A stretch of DNA of 64,000 bases from Burkholderiaceae bacterium (GCA_024711155.1 JANJTK010000197.1:4739-68738), one strand, 5' to 3'; shown: positions 45,041 to 53,652, numbered from the stretch's first letter. A program made the numbers and translations. The notes: generated by a model not told the origin, from the sequence alone.

Positions 45041-46453
45041 TCAGCGCTTGCGCCAGGTGAGCTTGCTGCCCCATTTCGCAAGCGTCCGATCGACGATCTG
45101 GGGATCATCGACGGTCCTCGGCGCCTTCTCGCCCCAGAACTCGTACTCCTCGGTGCACATCGTGGCGTCGATGCCGAGTCCGGTCTGCCAGCCCTTCTCG
45201 CGCAGGCTGACCGCCGGGTCGAGCCACTGCCCGGCGCGTCGCGGGAGGATGTTGACGTCGCGGTCCGCCCGCACCCGCGTCGACAATGCCCAGTGCACGC
45301 TGTCGTAGTCCCAGATGTCGATGTCCTTGTCGACGACGATGACGTGCTTGTAGCGCGCATAGGTCGCGCCCCAGACGGCATCCATGACCTGCTGCGCATG
45401 CCCCGGAAAGAGCTTGTCGATCTTGACGATGGCCTCGTAGGTGACGTCGCAGCGCAGGTCGAGCACCCCGGGAACCAGGGCCTTGATGGTCTGGTACGCA
45501 ACCGCCTGCGAGGATTTCCCGACCGCGAATGCGCTCTCCGACGGATACCACTGTTCGCGCGCCCCGAGATAGATCGGGTTCTTGCGCATCGTCACGCGGG
45601 TCACTTCGAACACCGGATTCGAGCGGGCCTCGCCGTAATAGCCGGTGTACTCGCCGAATCCGCCTTCGATCTCGCGATGCGCGGGCCGAACGAAACCCTC
45701 GAAGACGAACTCGCAGGTCGCCGGAACGAAGATATCGACGCTCTGGCACTTGACCATGTCGAGCGGTTCGCCGCGCAACCCCCCGGCGATCTCGAATTCA
45801 TCGACGTTGGGAGGCGTCCGCGTGCTCGCGACGATGAACACGGTCGGGTCGTAACCGGTGACGACGGCCATCGGCATCGGTTCGCCGTGGCGCTCGTACT
45901 GGATGTAGTGCTGGCGACCGTGGGTGTATTCCGGGGCGCCCCATCCGAGCTTGTTCTTGCCGAGGGTGCCCATCCGGTAGATGCCCGCGTTGTGCACGCC
46001 CGTTTCCCGGTCCTTGGTGATCGACACGCTGAGGGTTCCGGGGAAGCGCCCACCATCGTACTGATGCCAGATCGTGTTGCAGATCCGGTCCAGGTCGATC
46101 TCGTCACCCTCGAGCACGACCTCCTGGCAGGGCGCCGACGACACGATCCGGGGCTTGACCGGAACCGCCGTGCGGCGACACCACTCGTCGTTGAAGGTGG
46201 ACCAATGCTCCATGCCGAGGGCCGCGAGGAAGCGCCGGTCGGTGCCGAGGAGATTGGTGACCATCGGGTAGTCGCACCCCTTGATCCGGTCGAACTGGAT
46301 CGCCGGCCCGTGCTCCTGCAAGCCGATCCGGGTGATGCCGTTGATCTCCCAGTCGGGATCCACCTCGTCGCCAATCCGGTGCAAGTCGCCCTTCTTGTCG
46401 AGGTACTCGAGAAACTCCCGCATGTCGTACCAGTTCGCCTTCGCCTTGCTCAT
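45041..46453 (-). CDS. UbiD-family prFMN-dependent (de)carboxylase
   Basis: ORF 45041..46453 (470 aa). The product reads MREFLEYLDKKGDLHRIGDEVDPDWEI. Motifs HNAGIYRM, EFEIAGGLRGEPLDMVKC and EGGFGEYTGYYG (catalytic Glu region) are present. Confidence 0.88.
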   Translation of the reverse strand: MSKAKANWYDMREFLEYLDKKGDLHRIGDEVDPDWEINGITRIGLQEHGPAIQFDRIKGCDYPMVTNLLGTDRRFLAALGMEHWSTFNDEWCRRTAVPVKPRIVSSAPCQEVVLEGDEIDLDRICNTIWHQYDGGRFPGTLSVSITKDRETGVHNAGIYRMGTLGKNKLGWGAPEYTHGRQHYIQYERHGEPMPMAVVTGYDPTVFIVASTRTPPNVDEFEIAGGLRGEPLDMVKCQSVDIFVPATCEFVFEGFVRPAHREIEGGFGEYTGYYGEARSNPVFEVTRVTMRKNPIYLGAREQWYPSESAFAVGKSSQAVAYQTIKALVPGVLDLRCDVTYEAIVKIDKLFPGHAQQVMDAVWGATYARYKHVIVVDKDIDIWDYDSVHWALSTRVRADRDVNILPRRAGQWLDPAVSLREKGWQTGLGIDATMCTEEYEFWGEKAPRTVDDPQIVDRTLAKWGSKLTWRKR

Positions 46454-46913
46454 GGTCGTTGCCGCTCCTGTGTTCGGTGTCGCCTACGCCGTCGTTGCCG
46501 TGCACTTCGTGATCGCAATCGCCTCGCCGAATCGCCACGCCAGAGTCCGAACTGCACGAACCTGCCGGCGCCGTCAGGATGCGCGCCAGCATTCCGGGAA
46601 GTGGGGTCGGTGGTTCGTCAGAAACCGGGACGGGACAGCCTTCCCCGAATCCGGTGCGTCTCCTCAAAAACGTATCGTGTTCTTTTATGGATCCAATTTA
46701 GTCCCAATCCGGCCGGGCTGTCAATTGGCCTGGACATCGGGGGTTTCCCGCGTCCGGATCGGCCCCGGGCGCGGCCGCCGGGACGCGATTCCGGCACGCC
46801 GGGCAGGTGGCGCGAGGATCGACTTGCTATCATCCGCGCGCATTACCAGCGCATACGCACGCGAACGCCTCCGCAACGAGGTGGCCGCGAGCCGCAGCCC
46901 CCGGCAAGCATCC

Positions 46914-47585
46914 ATGGCACAGATCAAGAAGAAGGCAGTTCGTGAAGCGATCCTCGCCGCGGCGAAGGATCTCTTCACGGCGAAGGGCTACTCGGGCACG
47001 ACACTGTCGGACATCGCGAGCGAATCCCGCGTCACGATGTCCAACATCTACAACTACTTTCCGTCGAAGCTCGGGATTCTCTACGCGCTCTACGAGCCCT
47101 GGCTCGATCACCGGCTCGACCTGCTGGGCGCCGAAGTGGCGCGCATCAGGGATCCCCGCAGGCGTCTGCGCAAGATCCTCGTCAGCGTTCTGCGGGACAT
47201 CCCGAGCGCCAACAACTGCTTCGCCAACAACATCCTTCAGGCGCTGTCGACCTTGTCCGTCGACGAACCCTACTCGCGCGAGTTGCTCCTGCGCTCGGAG
47301 CGCAAGGTTGCGTCGATGATTCGCGAAGCGCTGTCCGACTGCCCCGACATGGACGTTCCCGAGCAGGCGCTGGCGCATCTGCTGTTCATGGCGTTCGACG
47401 GCTTCGCGGTCAACTTCAGGGTCACCGGCATCACGAAGCAGGCCGACGACGTGGTGGACATGCTCTGCGACCTGATGATCGGCAAGTCGACGTCACCTGC
47501 CGTGTCGCAGGCGACGAAGGCGACCCCGACCGCGAAGCGCGCGAGCCCGGCGGCGGCCGGCCGGCGCAAGGCAGCCGCCGCCTGA
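46914..47585 (+). CDS. TetR family transcriptional regulator
   Basis: ATG 46914 lies in ORF 46281..47585. The HTH reads GTTLSDIASESRVTMSNIYNYFPSK. The gene is divergent from the UbiD operon. Confidence 0.85.
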   Translation: MAQIKKKAVREAILAAAKDLFTAKGYSGTTLSDIASESRVTMSNIYNYFPSKLGILYALYEPWLDHRLDLLGAEVARIRDPRRRLRKILVSVLRDIPSANNCFANNILQALSTLSVDEPYSRELLLRSERKVASMIREALSDCPDMDVPEQALAHLLFMAFDGFAVNFRVTGITKQADDVVDMLCDLMIGKSTSPAVSQATKATPTAKRASPAAAGRRKAAAA

Positions 47586-47602
47586 GGAGGCGCCGCCCCT
47601 CG

Positions 47603-48532
47603 TCACCGGGCATGTGTGCGCGCGCGCTCCCGCCCGAACAGCTTCAGCACCCGTTCCCGCAGCCAGCCCTGCGCCGCGTCGGCATCACTCGCGGCGTGCC
47701 AGACCATTCGCACCTCGTACGGCGGCATCTTCAGCGGCAGCGGCCACATCGCCAGGCGCCGGGAGCGCTGGCAAGCCATGCGCGCGAACATGCTCGGCAC
47801 GATCGCCGCCAGCCGGCGCTCGACCACCAGATCCGGCACCGACGCGTAGTGGCGCGCGCGCACCGCGACGCGATCCGCCAGCCCGTGACGCTCCAGCGCG
47901 TCGGCAACGCCGCGATGGTAGGTCGCGGCCGGCGATGCCAGCACCAGGCGCGCGTCGCCGAACCCCCTGCGCGTGCGCCAGGCCGGCGGCGCGTCCTGGC
48001 TCCCCAGCACGACGTAGTGCTCGCTGAAGAGCAGCTTCGATCGCACGCCTGCCTGCCCGGGGTCCATCATGCCGATCGCGAGCCCGACTTCGCGCCGCGC
48101 GAGCGCGTCGGCGACGCGCTCGGCCGGCACGCCGACGTTGACGAAGCGCGTGTGCGGCGCCTCGCGCAGCACGGCTTCGACGATGCGCGGCAGGAAGACG
48201 GCCTCGCCGAGGTCCGACAGCGACAGCCGCCACTCGACGACGCTCTCGGACGGGTCGAAGACCTCGGCACCGGTCAGCGCCGCCTCGAGCGCTTCGAGGT
48301 GACGCGCCGCTGCCGGCACGATGCGCTCGGCGAGCGCCGTCGGCGTCAGTCCGCCCGCGCCGCGGACGAACAGCGGATCGCCGAACGCCTCGCGCAGCCG
48401 CGCCAGCGCGTTGCTGGTCGCGGGCTGGCTGAGCGCGAGCCGGCGCCCGGCGTCGGTGACCGAGCGAGCGCGGTCGATCTCCAGCAGCACGCGCAGCAGG
48501 TTCAGGTCGAGGCGGTCGAAGCGCAGCGTCAT
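47603..48532 (-). CDS. LysR family transcriptional regulator
   Basis: ORF 47603..48532. The HTH reads RSVTDAGRRLALSQPATSNALARLRE. The gene is divergent from the iorAB-like genes. Confidence 0.85.
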   Translation of the reverse strand: MTLRFDRLDLNLLRVLLEIDRARSVTDAGRRLALSQPATSNALARLREAFGDPLFVRGAGGLTPTALAERIVPAAARHLEALEAALTGAEVFDPSESVVEWRLSLSDLGEAVFLPRIVEAVLREAPHTRFVNVGVPAERVADALARREVGLAIGMMDPGQAGVRSKLLFSEHYVVLGSQDAPPAWRTRRGFGDARLVLASPAATYHRGVADALERHGLADRVAVRARHYASVPDLVVERRLAAIVPSMFARMACQRSRRLAMWPLPLKMPPYEVRMVWHAASDADAAQGWLRERVLKLFGRERARTHAR

Positions 48533-48686
48533 TGATTTCCTGAATGTCGTTGATTGCGTGAATCCATTTGACGGATATCGAGCCTACGACTAAGGTCCGA
48601 TCCGATCAAGCCCCGGAGCGCTGCCGAGGCCGCGCCCTAGCGCTGCCCCGCAACGAACCCGCAACCTCCTGTCGCGCAGTCGGTCC

Positions 48687-50834
48687 TTGGAACGTTCGTT
48701 CTCCGAAGAGATCCGCTCGCTGGCCCTCGGCGCCGGCGAGACCTTCCATGGCGAAGGCATCCTCGCCGTCACCAAGGCGCTGCTGCAGTCGGGGGTCAGC
48801 TACGTCGGCGGCTACCAGGGCGCCCCGGTGTCGCACCTGCTCGACGTGATGGTGCAGGCGCGCGAGACGATGGACGAACTCGGCGTGCACGTCGAGGCCT
48901 GCGCGAACGAGGCGTCGGCGGCCGCGATGCTGGGCGCCTCGATCATGTATCCGGTGCGCGGCGCGGTGACCTGGAAGTCGGTCGTCGGCACCAACGTCGC
49001 CTCCGACGCGCTATCCAACCTGGCGTCGCCCGGCGTGATCGGCGGGGCGATGATCGTCGTCGGCGAGGACTACGGCGAGGGTGCGAGCGTGATCCAGGAG
49101 CGCACGCACGCGTTCGCGATGAAGTCCGGCCTGTGGCTGCTCGATCCGCGGCCGAACCTGCCGACCATCGTGCGCATGGTCGAGCGTGGCTTCGAGCTGT
49201 CGGAGGCGTCGAGCACGCCGGTGATTCTCGAGCTGCGCATCCGCGCCTGCCACGTGCGCGGCAGCTTCGTCGCGAGCGACAACGTGCGGCCGAAGATCTC
49301 CACCCGTGAACTGCAGTCCGAGCCGGCCGCCTTCGACTACGACCGCCTCGCGCACCCGCCGGCCACCTTCGATCACGAGCGAGCCAAGTACGAGCTGCGG
49401 ATGCCGGCCGCGCGACGCTACATCGTCGATGCGGGCCTGAACGAGCGCTTCGACGGCGATCTCGGCGAGCTCGGCATCGTGGTGCAGGGCGGCCTCTACA
49501 ACAACCTCGTCCGCGCGCTGCAGACGCTGGGGCTGGCGGACGCCCGCGGCCGCTCGCGCATCCCGATCCTCAATCTCAACGTCGTCTACCCGCTGGTGCC
49601 GGAGCAGCTTTCGGAATTCTGCGCCGGCAAGCGCGCCGTGCTGATCCTCGAGGAAGGCCAGCCCGAGTTCATCGAACAGGAGATCAGCTCGATCCTGCGC
49701 CGCGCCGCCGTGGCCACGCCGCTGCACGGCAAGGACCTGCTGCCGATGGCGGGCGAGTACACCGCCGAGGTGATCCTGTCCGGGCTCGCGCGCTACCTGC
49801 AGCAGCACGCGCCCGAGCTGCCGCGCGAAGCCGGCGAGCGCGCGCTGCGCGAGATCGGCGAACTGCGCGCGCGCGCCGCCGACCTGCTCGGGGGGCAGGT
49901 TCCGGCGCGTCCCCCGGGCTTTTGCACCGGCTGCCCAGAACGCCCGGTGTTCGCAGCACTCAAGCTCGTCGAACAGGACCTCGGCCGGCTGCACGTGTCG
50001 GCCGACATCGGATGCCACTCGTTCGCGACCTTCGCGCCGTTCTCGTTCGGCCAGTCGATCCTCGGCTACGGGATGAGCCTCGCAAGCAGCGCGGGCGTGC
50101 GCAACTTCTCGGCCAAGCGACCGATCGCGATCATGGGCGACGGCGGCTTCTGGCACAACGGACTGCTCTCGGGCGTGACCTCGGCGCTGCTGAACCAGGC
50201 CGACGGCGTGCTCGTGATCATGAAGAACGGCTACACCTCGGCCACCGGCACGCAGGAAACGATCTCGACACCGAGCTCCGAATCGCGGCGCGTGGCCGAA
50301 GGCACCAGCGCGACCGGCAACGAGACCACCATCGAGAGCACGCTCAAGGGCCTCGGCGTGAAATGGCTGCGCACGGTCGACAACTACCGCGTCGATGACG
50401 TGCGCAAGACCCTGCACGAGGCGCTCACGTCGTCGTTCGACGGCCTGAAGGTCGTGATCGCCGACGGGGAATGCCAGCTCGAGCGCCAGCGGCGGCTCAA
50501 GCCGCTGCGCGCGCGGGCGCTGAAGGAAGGCCGGCGCGTCGTGCGCACGCGCTTCGGCGTCGACGAGGACACCTGCACCGGCGACCACTCGTGCATCCGG
50601 CTGTCGGGGTGCCCGACGCTGACGGTGAAGACGCCGGCCGATCCGCTGAAGGTCGACCCGGTCGCGCACGTCACCAACGACTGCGTCGGCTGCGGCCTGT
50701 GCGGCGAGGTCGCGCACGCCGCGGTGCTGTGCCCGTCGTTCTGGCGCGCCGAGATCGTCACCCATCCGACTCGCTGGGAGCGGCTGCGGGCGCGCGTGCG
50801 CGCCGCCCTCTTCCGCGCGCTGCAGCCGGCCTGA
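48687..50834 (+). CDS. iorA: indolepyruvate/arylpyruvate:ferredoxin oxidoreductase alpha subunit-like (IorA family)
   Basis: ORF 48687..50834 with a TTG start and no clear RBS, so the start is uncertain. The product has GEGILAVTKALLQSGVSYVGGYQGAPVSH, ThDP motif GDGGFWHNG, and C-terminal ferredoxin-type Cys (CTGDHSC, CVGCGLCGE). Confidence 0.82.
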   Translation: MERSFSEEIRSLALGAGETFHGEGILAVTKALLQSGVSYVGGYQGAPVSHLLDVMVQARETMDELGVHVEACANEASAAAMLGASIMYPVRGAVTWKSVVGTNVASDALSNLASPGVIGGAMIVVGEDYGEGASVIQERTHAFAMKSGLWLLDPRPNLPTIVRMVERGFELSEASSTPVILELRIRACHVRGSFVASDNVRPKISTRELQSEPAAFDYDRLAHPPATFDHERAKYELRMPAARRYIVDAGLNERFDGDLGELGIVVQGGLYNNLVRALQTLGLADARGRSRIPILNLNVVYPLVPEQLSEFCAGKRAVLILEEGQPEFIEQEISSILRRAAVATPLHGKDLLPMAGEYTAEVILSGLARYLQQHAPELPREAGERALREIGELRARAADLLGGQVPARPPGFCTGCPERPVFAALKLVEQDLGRLHVSADIGCHSFATFAPFSFGQSILGYGMSLASSAGVRNFSAKRPIAIMGDGGFWHNGLLSGVTSALLNQADGVLVIMKNGYTSATGTQETISTPSSESRRVAEGTSATGNETTIESTLKGLGVKWLRTVDNYRVDDVRKTLHEALTSSFDGLKVVIADGECQLERQRRLKPLRARALKEGRRVVRTRFGVDEDTCTGDHSCIRLSGCPTLTVKTPADPLKVDPVAHVTNDCVGCGLCGEVAHAAVLCPSFWRAEIVTHPTRWERLRARVRAALFRALQPA

Positions 50835-50835
50835 C

Positions 50836-52452
50836 ATGAGCGCAGCCCGACCCTTCTCGATCCTGATCGCGGCGCTCGGCGGCGAGGGCGGCGGCGTGCT
50901 CAACGACTGGATCGTCCAGTGCGCGCTCGCGAGCGGCCTGCCGGTGCAGACCACCTCGGTGCCGGGGGTCGCGCAGCGCACCGGCTCCACCAGCTACTAC
51001 GTGGAGCTGATGCGTGAGCCGCTGGGCGACGACGCGCAACCGGTGTTCGCGCTCAGTCCGATGCCCGGCGCGGTCGACGTCGTGCTTGCCAGCGAACTGG
51101 TCGAGGCCGGCCGCATGGTCGAGCGCGGTTTCGTGAACCCGCAGCGCACGACGCTGATCGCCGCCTCGCATCGGGTCTACACGACCCGGGAGAAGATGCA
51201 GATGGGCGACGGTCGCAGCGACGACGCCACCATCCACGCCGCCGCGCGGGCGCTCGCCGCGCGCTACGTCAGCCTCGACATGGCGTCGATCGCCGCCGCG
51301 CACGGCACCGTGATCAGCGCGGTGATGTTCGGCGCACTGGCCGGTGCGGGCGCCCTGCCATGGCCCCGCGAGACCTGCGAGCGAGTGATCCGCGACGGCG
51401 GCATCGGCGTGCAGTCGAGCCTCGCCGGCTTCTCGGCGGCGTTCGACGCGGCCGCCACCGGCGCGGCGCGCGAGGCGCTCGCGGCTGCCGGGGTCGAGCG
51501 CGCCGCCCGCGCCTCTCCGGAGATGTGGGCGCCGCTGCTCGCAACCCTGCCGGCTCCGATGCGCGAACACGCCGCCCACGGGGTGGCGCGCCTGATCGAC
51601 TACCAGGATGGCGCCTACGCGCGCCTGTACGTCGAGCGCCTGCGGCGCCTCGCCGACGCCAGCGGCGCTGCCGGCACGAGCGGCGGCGCCGACCGGGCAT
51701 CGGCCTCGACCGGCGCGGCGCTCGCCGACGCCGCGCGTCACCTGGCACTGTGGATGAGCTACGAGGACGTGATCCGGGTCGCCGACCTGAAGTCCCGCCG
51801 CAGCCGCGTCGAACGCATCCGCGCGGAAGCCCGCGTGCGCCAAGACGAACTGCTCGACGTCGTCGACTACCTGCGCCCCGGTCTCGACGAGGTGGCGGCG
51901 ATCCTGCCGCGCGCGCTCGGGATGCGGCTGCGCTCGCGCGCGCAGCGTCGCGGCACGCTCGACCAGCCCGGGCCGGGGCTGCACCTGCCGGCCACGCGAC
52001 TGCACGGCCTGCTGATGCTGCGGCTGCTGGCGTGGCTGCGACCGCTGCGCCGCCGCTCGCTGCGCTTTCACGAGGAGCAGCAGGCGATCGAGCGCTGGCT
52101 CGCCGCGCTCGTGCGCAGCCTCGCCGCCGCCCCCCAGTTCGCCGCTGCGCTGGCCGGGCTGCCGCGCGTGCTCAAGGGCTACGGCGATACCCAGCGGCGC
52201 GGCCGCGCGAGCTTCGCGCGGATCTTCGACACGCTCGTCGAGCGCTCGCTCGGGAACGCCGACGCGCCGACGCCGAGCGACGCCACCGAGCTGCGCCAGG
52301 CCATCGAAGCGGCGCTCGCCGAGCCGGCCGGACGCGAACTCGAACGCGCGCTCGAGCGCGCCGGCGTTACCCCGTTGCCGCCGGCCGAGAAGCCGATCGT
52401 GTGGAGCAGAAAGCCACGCAATGCGCCTTCAACTGTAGTAACTTCGCGCTGA
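50836..52452 (+). CDS. iorB: indolepyruvate oxidoreductase beta subunit-like (IorB family with long C-terminal helical domain)
   Basis: ORF 50836..52452 starts 1 nt after the iorA stop. The product has LIAALGGEGGGVLNDWIV, PGVAQRTGST and a DUF-like C-terminal half. Confidence 0.8.
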   Translation: MSAARPFSILIAALGGEGGGVLNDWIVQCALASGLPVQTTSVPGVAQRTGSTSYYVELMREPLGDDAQPVFALSPMPGAVDVVLASELVEAGRMVERGFVNPQRTTLIAASHRVYTTREKMQMGDGRSDDATIHAAARALAARYVSLDMASIAAAHGTVISAVMFGALAGAGALPWPRETCERVIRDGGIGVQSSLAGFSAAFDAAATGAAREALAAAGVERAARASPEMWAPLLATLPAPMREHAAHGVARLIDYQDGAYARLYVERLRRLADASGAAGTSGGADRASASTGAALADAARHLALWMSYEDVIRVADLKSRRSRVERIRAEARVRQDELLDVVDYLRPGLDEVAAILPRALGMRLRSRAQRRGTLDQPGPGLHLPATRLHGLLMLRLLAWLRPLRRRSLRFHEEQQAIERWLAALVRSLAAAPQFAAALAGLPRVLKGYGDTQRRGRASFARIFDTLVERSLGNADAPTPSDATELRQAIEAALAEPAGRELERALERAGVTPLPPAEKPIVWSRKPRNAPSTVVTSR

Positions 52453-52509
52453 CCCGGGAGCCCGGCCCGGACGAGAATCCAGAACACTGTTCGAACGAGG
52501 AGACCATCG

Positions 52510-53547
52510 ATGAAAGCCCGCAGGATTCCGCTCGCCGCCGCCGTCGCCGCGGCCGCCGCCACGATCGCGCTCGCCGCGCCTCCGGCCGCCGCGCAGGACA
52601 AGCCGGTCGAGATGCGCTTCGCGCACTGGCTGCCGCCGACGCATCCGCTCGCGAAGCTCGGTTTCGAGCCGTGAGCGAAGTCGGTCGAGGCGGCGTCGAA
52701 GGGCTCGATCAAGGTGATGCTCTTCCCGGCGCAGCAGCTCGGCAAGGCCGCCGACCACTACGACATGGCGCGCGACGGCATCGCCGACATGACCTGGGTC
52801 AACCCCGGCTACCAGGCCGGCCGCTTCCCGGTCTTCGCGGCCGGCGAGCTGCCAATGCTGATGAGCAGCGCCGCGCGCGGCTCGACGGCGCTCGACGCGT
52901 GGTACCGCCCGCATGCCGCCAGGGAGATGGGCGACGTGCGGCTGTGCTTCGCGCACGTGCACACGGGCACGCTGCACTCGAAGCGCGCGATCGCCGACCC
53001 GGGACAGATCAAGGGCATGAAGATCCGCCCGTCCAACGGCACGATGGCGGCCTACATGTCGCTGCTCGGCGCGACCAACGTCCAGGTGTCGGCGCCCGAG
53101 TCGCGCGACGCGCTCGAGAAGGGCGTGGCCGATGCGATCGTCTTCCCGTGGCACTCGATCATCACCTTCGGCATCGACAAGGTGGTGAAGTTCCACAACG
53201 ACCACAAGCTCTACGCGACGACCTTCGCGTGGACGATGAACAAGGGCTGGTACGACAAGCTGTCGGCCGGGCAGAAGAAGGTCGTCGACGACCACTGCAC
53301 CAACGAGTGGGCGGGCAAGGTCGGCGCCGCGTGGGGCGACGACGAGGACTCCGGCCAGGGCAAGATGGAGAAGATGGCCGGCCACACCATCGTCAAGCTC
53401 ACCCCCGAGCAGAAGAAGGCCTGGCGCGACGCCGCCGAGCCGCTCTACACGCAGTGGGTGGCGGCGGCCAACAAGGCAGGCCACGACGGCAAGACCGTGC
53501 TCGACGCCCTGCGCAACGAGCTGAAGAAGCGCGACGCCGCTTATTGA
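52510..53547 (+). pseudogene. dctP: TRAP transporter substrate-binding protein (DctP family) interrupted by in-frame TGA at 52672-52674
   Basis: ATG 52510 (AGGAGA upstream) encodes a signal peptide and then ...THPLAKLGFEP-TGA-AKSVEAASKGSIKVMLFPAQQLGKAADHYDM. This continues in the same frame into ORF 52714..53547. The stop sits where this family normally has Trp (..W..V...S.G). Confidence 0.7.
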
Positions 53548-53652
53548 ACCGCGGCGCCCGCCGCCGGACGAGCGCGCCGGGCAGCACGCCCGGCGCCGCT
53601 TCGTTTCCGCGCGGCGCCTGCCGGCGCCCGCCCACCCCCACGGCGCAACGCG

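Noticed and set aside
36474-46945. Chain of long plus-strand ORFs (36474..38342, 37886..40219, 40092..42188, 41806..44232, 45293..46945) opposite the UbiD-HyuAB-ligase operon.
   Set aside because: The translations are low-complexity and Arg/His/Asp-rich with no motifs. The minus-strand ORFs carry unambiguous UbiD, ABC, HyuA/B, ANL-ligase and UbiX signatures with good RBSs.
52672-52674. The in-frame TGA in dctP as a selenocysteine or programmed recoding site.
   Set aside because: The position corresponds to a conserved Trp, not a redox Cys. I saw no SECIS-like hairpin immediately downstream, and periplasmic binding proteins are not known selenoproteins. A nonsense mutation, a sequencing error or passive read-through is more plausible.
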